A stretch of 64,000 nt of DNA from a virus (lineage: Duplodnaviria; Caudoviricetes): IMG/VR virus record IMGVR_UViG_3300032332_001787, positions 1-64,000 of that record, one strand, 5' to 3'. How positions within the stretch are numbered: the stretch's first letter is position 1; every line of letters starts with the position of its first letter. This document shows positions 41,596 to 51,631 of this stretch, one piece after another. The notes under the pieces were generated by a model. The model did no database searches, was not told the origin of the DNA, and saw only the letters and a list, made by a program, of their open reading frames with translations. A program made the translations under genes and the position numbers.

Positions 41596-41826
41596 ATGAA
41601 GTGCGTTGTTACCCATACCGATACTTATGGTGGTGAAGCTAACTATGGTTGGGTGAATCGTTATGAATTCATCCCCAAGAAGAATGCTAGCCAGCGTAGC
41701 GTTATTCGTAAGGCTAAGGCTCTGGCCGGTATGACAGCAGTCAAGGCTGAGACCTATGACTATGGCGACGGCTATACCGTTAAGCCTCGCGGCTATGCTC
41801 AGATCATCTTTGTTGATTTTGAGTAA
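41596..41826 (+). CDS. Conserved phage hypothetical protein
   Basis: TDTYGGEANYGWVNR motif. Confidence 0.5.
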   Translation: MKCVVTHTDTYGGEANYGWVNRYEFIPKKNASQRSVIRKAKALAGMTAVKAETYDYGDGYTVKPRGYAQIIFVDFE

Positions 41827-42016
41827 ACTCTCCCTCGTCGTAAACCCTTTGTGTTCAAGCACTTAGGGCCGACGGGGCGGGCCGGGCTTGCTGTAAGTCC
41901 TTATCTACCAACACTTTACGAGAATCCTTACAATCTATTAAGATTCAAGTTACCCCCTTGCAATAGACGATAATAGATAGTAGAATACGATATAGAAGAA
42001 AGGCAAGGGTGAAGAC

Positions 42017-42280
42017 ATGAGTCCTGACGGAAGCTATAACGGTTATGTAAACTACCAGACATGGAATGTTTGCTTGTGGATTAGTAATGATGAAAATCTG
42101 TATAGTCTGGCAAAACAGTGTGGTTCTTACGAACATTTCAGGATTTTGATTCGTGAGATTTTTACCACAGCCCCTATCCGATTCGAAACGCCCGATTGTG
42201 TGGCTTGGAATGATAGTGGTATCAACATGGCCGAAATGGTAGAGTATTGGGAAGAAAATTTTTCTAAAGTTTGTGCTTGA
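42017..42280 (+). CDS. Conserved phage hypothetical protein
   Basis: YNGYVNYQTWNVCLWISNDE motif; follows the promoter after repeat A8. Confidence 0.55.
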   Translation: MSPDGSYNGYVNYQTWNVCLWISNDENLYSLAKQCGSYEHFRILIREIFTTAPIRFETPDCVAWNDSGINMAEMVEYWEENFSKVCA

Positions 42281-43677
42281 CAAATGACGATATATAGTGT
42301 AGACTTGGCGTATGGATGTTGTGATCGATTTTCAATTTGAAAGGGTTTCTATGAACGATGTGATTTTGTTTGGTTCGATTCTGTCGGCTGTTGCCGCTGC
42401 TGTTGTGGGCTTTGTCTTCTATTCCGTTTACGGTGGAAGTAAGGCCAGTTTGGCGAATGCTCAAGAGGGTCAGGTTTTCAACTTTGTCTACGAACAGCCA
42501 TTGCATGGAACGCATGAGCGTTTTCTTGCCAAGGTGATCGGAAAGCAGACGCTGACTGCTGACCAGATTAAGAGACTGAATCGTAAGAGTCGGTATCGTA
42601 TCAATGATCCTGAGTTTGTGCGTACTACCAATCTGGTAACGTGTCGAACTGCGGATGGTAAGGTGCGTAATTTCTATGCAGAACGAGTAACCAAGTGCCG
42701 AAAGCCGTTGCTGGCCGGTGCTTTGTTCAAGAGCGGGTTTGCTAACCTGTTCTAAAAACTAGCAGTCTCTGCCTACTAACTGACCAACCCCTAACCCTTT
42801 GACACCAAAGGACTTAGGGCGAGGTCGGCCGGCCCGCTTCGTCGTAAGTCTTTACGTATCAACGCTTTACGACAATCTTTTTTGTTCAAGTTTTTCCTCT
42901 TGACAGGCCGATAATAGTAGTGTAGAATACAAGGAATCAAAAGGAGAAAAACAGATGTTTATGTTCAATAAGCCGTATGCTTTGACCGATGCTGTGACTC
43001 GTGAGGTTAGTGACGAGGATATGGTAACTTTTAGTGGCCTTAGTGTTGGAGGTCGTGAGTTTAGGATAGTCACGCGACTTGACGATGCCCAGCGTTGGAT
43101 TAATGGAGAGTTGATTCAAGTTGCTTTTCCGTATCTGTCTGCTGATGATCGTGAGATTCTCAAGACGGGAATCGATGCTCAGGATTGGGAAACCATGTTT
43201 GCAGGAACAAGAGAGGAGGATGAGTGATGAATACTGATACTTATATGGTGATGAAAGGCAATAAAGTTGTAGGTTATGTTCAAGCGTACAGTACCTATCA
43301 TGCCTTGTGTCAGGCGGAAAAGTTGTATGGGAAGAATTTGCTACTTGAGCGAATTTCCAATAGTTGTCCTGCCTAATCCTTCGGATTTGGGCTGGATGGG
43401 TATAGTCAGCCAGTAGTCGGGGCTTGACAAAGAGTCTTTAATAGAGTATACTTGGAGTAAGGAGAAAATTATGCTGACAAGTGAAGAAAAGGGTTTGATT
43501 GCTGGTCGTGTGGCTAGTTTTGCTATGAAGATGGTTATACAGGCTAATGATTATAATCCTGAGGTTATGACCGCAGAACTGGATAAGTTTCAGGCTTTTA
43601 TCTGTAGCGCTCTTGAGGCTGCTATTCGTGATGGTAGGCGTGAAGCACTCGTTACAACTCTTAACTAAGGAAGTATC

Positions 43678-43857
43678 ATGAGAATTTGTCCGTGTGGGTC
43701 TGGCAAGAAAAGTTGGTGGGAAAGTGATGCTAGGGGAATTCCACTGGGTAGGGTTTGTTTGGATTGTTTGGATAAAAAGTTGAGTAAGTATAGGCCAGAA
43801 GTGTTGACCAACTCCAACTACTATGCTGACGAGCCTATTGAGGCCGAGGACTACTGA
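43678..43857 (+). CDS. Small Cys-motif protein
   Basis: Manual translation MRICPCGSG...DARGIPLGRVCLDC; TGA ends 2 nt before repeat A10. Confidence 0.6.
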   Translation: MRICPCGSGKKSWWESDARGIPLGRVCLDCLDKKLSKYRPEVLTNSNYYADEPIEAEDY

Positions 43858-44016
43858 TCGTAAGTCCTTATCCTTAAAGAACTTAGGGTAAGGCGGGCCG
43901 GCCGACTTTGACGTAAGTGCTTGTGTATCATAGGGTTACATCAACTCTAAAAAATTTTTGGAATTCCTATAGAAGCCTCTTGACAAGTGACGATAATAGA
44001 TGTATACTTAGCACAT

Positions 44017-44716
44017 AAGCAGATGAGGGCCGCTGGCAGAATGATATCAAAGTAGCCACGGTTAAATGGCTGTCGAGTATGGCTCAACCCTATCTGCTTT
44101 ACAATACAAAACTCGTGGGTCCATGCCTTGGACTAGGTTGGGTAACTCATTACGATAAGCATCGCATGTCGCGGCAGCGATGATGCTGACAGTGCCGGTT
44201 ACGCACTGGATAGTAGTGCTAATCTATGGGGGATCGCGTCCTCACCACGTTATAATACAATCCGGTATTATCCCTCATCGGGTAATAGAGTGAATTAACA
44301 CTGCAACAATGCGCTTGCATTTTATCCTTCATCGGGTAGAATCACTGAAACAACAGCCGGATACCGAACAATCAGTAACCGTTCCCAAGAGCCAGACCAG
44401 AGCGATCTGTTGCTAGCAGACAATCGCTTTGCAGGGAGGATTTCCGTGGACGGTTTCCACCAGTTTTTACCTTGCTCCAAGGGTTCATAATATCGGAGTA
44501 TTGGTGGGTTATAGAATCGGGGCGTAAACGATTCGCTGGTTACAAACAGGGGTCGGATAGAAACCACCAAATGACGGTCTGTGGTTGGTTAATGCGTGAT
44601 ACCGGACATTATCTGTAAAACTATCGTGGTGATAAAACAAGCACGCTCTAGCAGCGTATGGGTGCGATTCCCATATCATCATAAGTCGATCCATTAACAG
44701 CCGGTATACAATACAA
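44017..44716 (+). ncRNA. Putative large structured ncRNA or ncRNA array
   Basis: Follows the TTGACA/TATACT promoter at 43980-44008; no convincing plus-strand ORF; more than 12 hairpins; TAYAATACAA at 44100, 44251 and 44707. Confidence 0.75.
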
Positions 44717-46320
44717 AGGAGAAGAGATGACTAAAGAAGAATCAGACAGAAACGCAGCAATAGTTTATGTTCTTAGGGTTCTAAAAAGCCCAATGATGAT
44801 CAGGAGTCCTGCTAAAAAAGACGCATTGACTTTAGCAGAGAGGTATGGTATAACGGTGACTGATTTGATTAATGAGTATGATGAGATAACAAAGAGAATA
44901 TAATGAACTGGCATTATGGTGATCCGATTTTGAATGGTCAATATCTGTGTTGTGTTAAGGATTATTCTTTCCCCTTTCCGTTGTTCTGGAGTGTGGAGAA
45001 TGGTGGTTGGGGAGATTGGTGGCATGGTTCTCTTGGAGATGAGCTTGAGTCGTGGAATCAGTTTGACAATTCGTTAGTGGTGTGCTATACTAGCTTTCAA
45101 GAAATTCCTATGCCGGAGGGTTGGTAATGATCTACTTAAATATTAATGAGATTGAACGATTGGCCGAAATTGTGGCCGAACTGGTTAAACTGAACATGTG
45201 TGTGGTTGCTGAGTTGAAGGGAACTAAGTGGAGTATTGAGGTAACTAAATAATGGAATGGATTAGTTTTTTTGAACGACAGCCAGAAGATGGTCAGGGTA
45301 TTTGGTATTATGGTGAGCATATTGGTGTGTGGGCTGGAGAGTATTCTTATTCTCCAAATGACCCTTTTAGTCCTCATCTTATATTTTGTCATGAATCTCC
45401 CGGTCTGGTTGACCGAATGGACGCTCCGTGGTGGATGGTTGATGATGGGGTAATGAACAGGCCAATCAAACCAGCAAAAGATTATCCAGCCGATTATCCT
45501 AGTTGACATAAGTCCTTGCTGCTAAAGCACTTAGCTCAAGGGCGGGCGGGCGGTTTCGTCGTAAGTCCTTGCTACTAAAGACTTTATGATTAGCAATATT
45601 TTTTCAAGATTTTCTCTTGACTTGTCGATAATAGTAGTGTAAGATACTAGCAACACGAAAGGGAAAATGATGACTGTATATGAGCTTATCAAAAAGTTAG
45701 AAGATTATCCATTGGACATGAGGGTTTTGACCCTTGGGTATGAGGGTGGGTTCAATGATGTCTCGTTGCAGACCGACGAGATTGTTTTCAATGTGAATGA
45801 TAAGGACAGGTGGTACTATGGTCCTCATGAGTCTGTGAGACATATGGATGGGGATAAGGGTGAGAAGTGCTTGATTATTGGGAGAGGAAAATGAAAACGG
45901 TAGAAAAACACGCCGAAGTACGATTTCATTTGCTCAACGGTAAAAATTTCCGAAAATGGCAAGTAAATATTATGCAAGGTAAGAAAAGGGTTGATCAATT
46001 TTATGTAGACCCGGCCGAGTACCAGTTGGAGATGAGGGGTTGCAAGCTGGTAAATAAGGTAGCTAGGGCGAAATGGGTCAATAAGAAACAGAAAAAGAAT
46101 GTTAGTGGTTGGGTGCAGTGTGAAGAGGTTATGCTTCGCAAAGATTTTTATCCCTCTTTGCCTATTGACAATCTTGAGAAGTTGTATTATAATCCCATTC
46201 GTGATGTTCACTGGCGACGAGAGAGTGATGGTGGTGAGTTTGTTTGGGATAACAGTGAGTATGACACCTTAGTTACCGATGGGCGACAGGTTCATATTCT
46301 AGAAGAACGTAACGGAAATT

Positions 46321-46746
46321 TTGACGGTATTTACGAGATCGACCCTAAGTATACAGAAAGTTTTGGAATTTATGATCAAAATCGAACTGAGCGTCCGTGA
46401 GTCGTTGAACATGATTGCCAACGGTTGCAGTCTTGATATGTTCGACAAGATTGTGTGTGCATTGGAAGTGGCACTGGGTGTGAACCAGCGTCGTATGGTG
46501 ACGATTACCGGAGGTCTGACTCTGGACAATCGTATCCATTCCATCAAGGCTATTCGACTCCACACCGGATGGGGTCTCAAAGAGGCCAAGGATTGGAGTG
46601 ATTATCTGGTTGGTGGCTGGCATTACGACAAGTTCGTTCCTGCCAAGTCCGGGGCCAAACAGAGCATCACTCTGAAAACGCCCGAAGCGGCAGAGGCACT
46701 GCTGCGTGATTTGGTTGGGCTGGGTTGTGAGGGTTATCTCTCATGA
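46321..46746 (+). CDS. Protein with ribosomal bL12 (L7/L12) C-terminal-like domain
   Basis: RIHSIKAIRLHTGWGLKEAKD resembles the L7/L12 motif KI.VIK.VR..TGLGLKEAKD; real start is probably downstream (MIKIEL). Confidence 0.7.
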   Translation: MTVFTRSTLSIQKVLEFMIKIELSVRESLNMIANGCSLDMFDKIVCALEVALGVNQRRMVTITGGLTLDNRIHSIKAIRLHTGWGLKEAKDWSDYLVGGWHYDKFVPAKSGAKQSITLKTPEAAEALLRDLVGLGCEGYLS

Positions 46747-47358
46747 CCTAAAGCCTTGTCCCTAAAGAACTTAGGGCGAGGCGGGCCGGCCGAATTTGAC
46801 GTAAGTCCTTATCAGCAAACAACTTAGGACAAAATAAAAAATCTTTGAGGCTCACTCAAGTTCCCCCTTGACAATGACGATACTATACTGTAGAATGAGA
46901 GTATCACGAGACAAGACTCCGCAATGATGCCAACAACAGAAACCATCACGACGGACTTGACAAGTGGGTATCAGTAACGTATACTGGTACTAGAACGATT
47001 GGTAACTGTAACATTTTTGGAGAAATGACATGAAGAAGTTTAGTTTTGTGGTTGATGTTGTGGCTGATGAGCTTGATCGTGATTCGGTTGTGGATTCGAT
47101 TCGTGACTGTCTGAGCGGTAGCCTTCCTGGCGATGTTCATGCGAATGTCAAGGCCGGTGAGGTCAAGGCTTTCAGCGAGCAGGGTTATAAGGTGTGGCGA
47201 GCGAGGGTTACGGGTGTGACAGCCGAGCAGGCTGGCGATGCCCATGATGGTAAGGTAGAAAAGGAAACTGCCGAAGCGGTTGCATGATCGACCGCAGGGA
47301 GTTATAATGGCTGCGAGCCTCCACGGGACGCCGTGGGGGCTTGCGGTATTGACGAGAC

Positions 47359-47432
47359 GACTCCGTAGCTCAATTGGATAGAGCGAGCGGCTTCTATCCG
47401 CTAGGTTGGGGGTTCGAGTCCCTCCGGGGTTA
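47359..47432 (+). tRNA. trnR: tRNA-Arg(TCT)
   Basis: Cloverleaf: GACTCCG/CGGGGTT, anticodon loop CTTCTAT, T-loop TTCGAGT. Confidence 0.92.
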
Positions 47433-47437
47433 TTGTT

Positions 47438-47512
47438 GGGGGTGTAGCTTAATCAGGTTAGAGCGTCGGCTTGTCAAGCCGAAGGTTGCGGGTTCAAGTC
47501 CCGCCACTCTCG
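47438..47512 (+). tRNA. trnD: tRNA-Asp(GTC)
   Basis: GGGGGTG/CACTCTC, anticodon loop TTGTCAA, T-loop TTCAAGT. Confidence 0.92.
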
Positions 47513-47528
47513 TTTATTATCTGAGTCG

Positions 47529-48116
47529 CTATTGATAGAAATGTTCTTCTCTGTGACAATTACTGCATAAGATAATACATTTATCTATTTCAGTCTTAAT
47601 ATCTTCTAGAGAAGCATTTTTATCTCTGAGCATAGCACCTATTCCATCTGTCTTATTGTTTTCTGTATGATGGAAATCTAAACATTCTGGTGACGACAAT
47701 CCGCATTTATGACATGAAGATTTTTGCTTTAGTTCTAATACATACCTAGCTTTTTTAGTAAGATATTTATATGTATTAGTATGTTCTTTTCTATGGCAGT
47801 TAGAGCAAATAACGTCGCATTTATTTATTTCTGCTAAAACTATTTCGGTTGAATATCCATGACGAATAAGATTGCATACTGTATCTTTTTTTGTATCTGG
47901 ATTTCTATGGTGAAAATCTAGACAATAGAATCTAGTCTCTCCACAGATTTTGCATGGGTTATTTTCTTTGAGGTTTTGAACTAGAGTTCTGTTATGATCT
48001 TTAGTTTTGTTCTTATATCTCTGTTTATATACTCTAACTCTGTCAATATTTTTATTAGCCCATTTAGTATTATTGGTTATTTTAGCTTTGCTTGTTTTAT
48101 TCTTTTTCATGGGCAT
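47529..48116 (-). CDS. Endonuclease with two tandem HNH domains
   Basis: CKICG..LDFHH..CDVICSNCHRKEH and CHKCG..LDFHH..CIILCSNCHREEH. Confidence 0.8.
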   Translation of the reverse strand: MPMKKNKTSKAKITNNTKWANKNIDRVRVYKQRYKNKTKDHNRTLVQNLKENNPCKICGETRFYCLDFHHRNPDTKKDTVCNLIRHGYSTEIVLAEINKCDVICSNCHRKEHTNTYKYLTKKARYVLELKQKSSCHKCGLSSPECLDFHHTENNKTDGIGAMLRDKNASLEDIKTEIDKCIILCSNCHREEHFYQ

Positions 48117-48303
48117 CTCCTGTATAAATTAATACACCAAATCTTAGCAATACGAGGGGATTTGTCGTAAGCCTATACCATCAAAGAACTTAGGAGAAAT
48201 GCGGCGAGCCGGGTTTGACGTAAGTCGTTCTCGCATAAGGACTTAGAGCAAAATATTTTTCACTAAAGAATATCTCTTGACTTAGCCGATTATTAGGTTA
48301 TAC

Positions 48304-49032
48304 TTGATAGACACGAAAGGGAAAAGTATGAAATACGCTATTGGTAATGACAAGTTGGGTAAGAATTGCTTGGTCGTGAGTCGTCCGGTTGGCGATACTT
48401 GCCCGCCCGATTGCGACTATCTTGGGAATGGATGCTATGCCGAAGCTACTGAAAATCAGTATAAAAATGCTCGCACTGCTGGATTCTCCAATATCATTAC
48501 GGAAAAGAATAAAATCCGTGCGATGATTCTGGAAGCAAAGCGTACCCAAAAAAGTATTCGCTGGCAAGAACGTGGCGATTGGTTTCTTAATGGACAACTT
48601 GACCTAGAATATGTTGCAAACGTAACATGGGCTTGTGAGAGTATTCTGGCCGATGGCGATACTTTGCCCGATATGTGGTTTTATACTCATATCTACGATT
48701 CTCGGCTTGTGAGTCTGGAAAAGTATATGAATGTGTACGCTAGTGTGCATGACGATAATGATATGGGTGAAGCACTATCGCAAGGTTTCAAGCTGTTCGC
48801 ATGGTGTGATAGCGATATGAAAATTGCACCCAAGCGACCCAAGAGCAAAGCAAAAGCCGAAGCATGGCGAAAAGCACTGCCGAAGCTGGTGGTTCTCAAT
48901 GCTACAAAGTTTGTGGTATGTCCAGAAATCCGTCGTGGTCGGTCAGAAATCACTTGCACCGGCACTAAAGATAGTATATCATGTGACTTGTGTGTTCGTG
49001 GTTTGGCTAATGTCTTGTTTCCAGCCCATTGA
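48304..49032 (+). CDS. Gp88-like Cys-rich phage protein
   Basis: TCPPDC..CYA, IRWQERGDW, WFYTH and C..C.LC motifs, as I recall for the GP88 family. Confidence 0.55.
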   Translation: MIDTKGKSMKYAIGNDKLGKNCLVVSRPVGDTCPPDCDYLGNGCYAEATENQYKNARTAGFSNIITEKNKIRAMILEAKRTQKSIRWQERGDWFLNGQLDLEYVANVTWACESILADGDTLPDMWFYTHIYDSRLVSLEKYMNVYASVHDDNDMGEALSQGFKLFAWCDSDMKIAPKRPKSKAKAEAWRKALPKLVVLNATKFVVCPEIRRGRSEITCTGTKDSISCDLCVRGLANVLFPAH

Positions 49033-49613
49033 AAGGAATAAAAATGAGCTACGTTGGATTGTATGATGATGCAGGAAGTAAAAATGCTTTCTATATTATC
49101 AAAGACAAAAAGATTGACCGTAAACGTGTGGGCTTCAAAGAGTTTGAGAGTGAGAAAGAGGCTAAGTTTGCCCATCGGGTTCAAAAGCATCTGGCACAGT
49201 TTGATTTGGCCCCTATGGTATATGGGGATGTTGGTTTTATTCGTAGGAATGATGGACAATTTACCTACTATGGTTATTTGACCGAAGTTGCTCGACCTAT
49301 GCCAACGTGCCATGATGATGATTGTGATGGCGAATGTTTTCAGAGTGAATGTAGTAATGGCACTACTATCAGTGAAGTAGTTTATGATTTGGGTGAACAT
49401 GGACTAGAATATAACGATGTCCACAAGGGTAATTTTGGTTATGTTCGACGCAAAGGATCATGGGTTCCGGTTGCTATCGACCTTGGGGTTGAGAGTTTTA
49501 CTGATTGGGATGAAGATATTTATGGGAAGTTTGATTATGATGCCGATGAAGATGTTGACAGCTATGGTGCGTGTAATTGTGCTCACTGCAAACAATTTAG
49601 AGACAGGGGATAA
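49029..49613 (+). CDS. Protein kinase-like (APH/ePK fold) protein
   Basis: VGFKEF (VAIK-like), DVHKGN (catalytic loop) and IDLG (DFG-like). Confidence 0.6.
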   Translation: MKGIKMSYVGLYDDAGSKNAFYIIKDKKIDRKRVGFKEFESEKEAKFAHRVQKHLAQFDLAPMVYGDVGFIRRNDGQFTYYGYLTEVARPMPTCHDDDCDGECFQSECSNGTTISEVVYDLGEHGLEYNDVHKGNFGYVRRKGSWVPVAIDLGVESFTDWDEDIYGKFDYDADEDVDSYGACNCAHCKQFRDRG

Positions 49614-50599
49614 TCATGGCAAAGTATTATATCAAATGTGGAACACTAGAACTAATTTACTCTTGCAATAAATGTCCAAGGGATGCTGCAATGGATGCTA
49701 TATGGGAAACGAATGAAAATGATACACTAGATGAACACTTCTATATAGATGAGCGTGGGTATAGAGACTATGTTACTGCTGATGGACATACTTGTGTATT
49801 AAATACTGGTCATATTCTCATAGACGCAGGATGGAGTATTGAATAATGTGGACAAAAATAGACGATAAAAAAGTAAGACACTTATGGGAATGTGCTGATT
49901 GTGATAATCTAGTTTATGTAGAGCCTTGGTTTTATTCAGAAAACGGCGAACCTTTTTGTACAACGTGCGAGAAGGATATGGAGTATATTCGAACAGAAGT
50001 AGATATGTAGCCTTTTCCGCAAACCCTTACTGCATAAGCACTTAGGGCGAGCGGGGGCGGCCGAATTTGACGTAAGTCCTTAGCCCGCAACACTTTAGAG
50101 CAAATTCAAAAATCTTCTAAAGTTTCCCTACTGGATTAGTCGATAATATTGGTATGGAAACGAAGCAAGAAACCAAAAGGAATGGACAGATGATCCAGTG
50201 GGTAGGGATTCTGATTACTCTGGTGGGTTTGGCCTATACGGGAATCAAAGATTATCAAAAAGGTGATATAAAATTCCCTCCCATGCCTCAGAAACCGGCC
50301 TTGACAAAGGTAGTTTATCCGGTACAATACTGTCTGATGGCTTACGATCCTAATGTTGACAAAGTTTTTTATCTACACGAAAACGGACAATGGCATGATT
50401 ACGCTCCACAACAACGACGATATGAGACCACGCCGCAACCATATCAAACTCAAGGTGCGACCGCAGTGGCAGGTTCCTACGGGTCACAAGGAACACCGAC
50501 ATACCGTTATGGACAATCGCCCCAAGCGTCAACGAACCCGATCCGCTGAAAACCGCAGGGCTTGCGAGAACGGAGACTATTGACTATAATAGTAGGATT

Positions 50600-50672
50600 G
50601 CCGATGTAACTCAGTTGGTAGAGTAGCAGTTTTGTAAACTGCCTGTCATCAGTTCGATTCTGATCATCGGCT
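50600..50672 (+). tRNA. trnT: tRNA-Thr(TGT)
   Basis: GCCGATG/CATCGGC, anticodon loop TTTGTAA. Confidence 0.92.
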
Positions 50673-50673
50673 C

Positions 50674-50939
50674 TCGGGAATGGTGTAACGGTAGCACAAG
50701 TGACTTTAATAAACTGGAGTGCGTCAAGAGAAATTTTGATGTAGAACCTCTCAAATTCGGGGAACGCTTAACTGCCAATCCCGAGCCAAGCCGGAAACGG
50801 AAGGTGTAACGACTTGACGGGAGGCACCTAAAACTTTTAGTCATGGTGATGGTAAAGTCTAGACTACAAACCGTAAGGGTAGCGAAAGCTATAGTAGTAA
50901 GTGGATCACTTTGTCTAGGTTCAAATCCTAGTTCCCGAA
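50674..50939 (+). tRNA. trnQ: tRNA-Gln(TTG) interrupted by a group I intron
   Basis: Exons 50674-50706 and 50902-50939 join to give TCGGGAA/TTCCCGA, anticodon loop CTT^TGGA and T-arm CTAGG-TTCAAAT-CCTAG. Confidence 0.88.
50707..50901 (+). mobile_element. Group I self-splicing intron, 195 nt, IC3-like, no internal ORF
   Basis: P/Q/R/S-like elements CTCAAATTCGGGGAA, AATCCCGAGCCAA, GGTGTAACGACTTGACGG and GGTAAAGTCT; 5' exon ends in U and the intron ends in G. Confidence 0.88.
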
Positions 50940-51631
50940 TTTAGTTTTTGCCAATAGCCTCTGCGATTAGTTAATTGGATTCCATATGCTTTAGCCCATT
51001 TACGAACAGAGTTATCTGTTACGTTATATTTTTTAGCTATAATACTCATAGGTATAGTAGCAATTAATTTTTCTAATTCCTCTTTAGATGGTCTTTCTAC
51101 TTTTCTGAGCCATGGTTTAGAAGTTTGTTTGATTTTAATCGGTTTTATCTTTTTGAATCTTTTACCAGCATAGGTATCTGTTTGGCTATGACAATTAGGA
51201 CACAAAAAACATAAATTAGATAATCTATTATCATTAGGAATTCCATTTTTGTGTTCTAGTTGCAAAGATATTTTTTTATTATTCCAGACATCTTTTAATC
51301 CGCATGACTCACACTGATATGGTATTAATTTATTTTGTATAATTCTTTTTTTTATACCACCCCTATTTGTTGTTCCGTTCTCGCAAAAAAATTGATCATC
51401 AGTTTTCTTTGGTGAAAATCTTTTACCTTTATTAGAGCCTCTACCAAGCGAAATGTGAGACATATCTATATTCTCATCTTTAGCTCGTCTTTTTACAGTA
51501 TGGTGGTTTCCTCCTTTATTATTTAAACCAAAATGACGTAGTATATCTGCTATTGTGTTTGATCTACAAACTAGAGTTTGGAATTCTTCTGTAGAAATTG
51601 ACCATATAATACTTCTTTTTTTTCTATTCAT
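50921..51631 (-). CDS. Free-standing HNH homing endonuclease
   Basis: CESCG...LQLEHKNGIPNDNRLSNLCFLCPNCHSQT; N- and C-terminal HTH-like segments; stop overlaps the tRNA-Gln 3' end. Confidence 0.85.
   Translation of the reverse strand: MNRKKRSIIWSISTEEFQTLVCRSNTIADILRHFGLNNKGGNHHTVKRRAKDENIDMSHISLGRGSNKGKRFSPKKTDDQFFCENGTTNRGGIKKRIIQNKLIPYQCESCGLKDVWNNKKISLQLEHKNGIPNDNRLSNLCFLCPNCHSQTDTYAGKRFKKIKPIKIKQTSKPWLRKVERPSKEELEKLIATIPMSIIAKKYNVTDNSVRKWAKAYGIQLTNRRGYWQKLNSGTRI

Larger units (their letters stand above)
37175..41943. promoter_or_regulatory. Family C: eight 18-bp palindromes near CCTTACAAT-ATTGTAAGG
   Basis: At 37175, 37642, 38223, 38525, 39268, 39892, 40607 and 41926, each just upstream of a -35 box. 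Confidence 0.75.

Noticed and set aside
44322-44694. Minus-strand ORFs 44322..44570 and 44509..44694
   Set aside because: They are short, antisense to a promoter-driven structured region, and lack an RBS or recognisable motif.
44017-44716. tmRNA, RNase P or SRP identity for the ncRNA
   Set aside because: I found no GGGGC/CUCCACCA tmRNA ends, no GAGGAAAGUCC RNase P core and no SRP helix-8 signature.
50674-50939. Ochre-suppressor reading of the intron-containing tRNA (loop CTTTAGA)
   Set aside because: It would need the 5' exon to end in A. The group I rule (exon ends in U, intron ends in G) gives CTT^TGGA, which is Gln(TTG). ORFs also end normally at TAA, TGA and TAG, so there is no sign of recoding.
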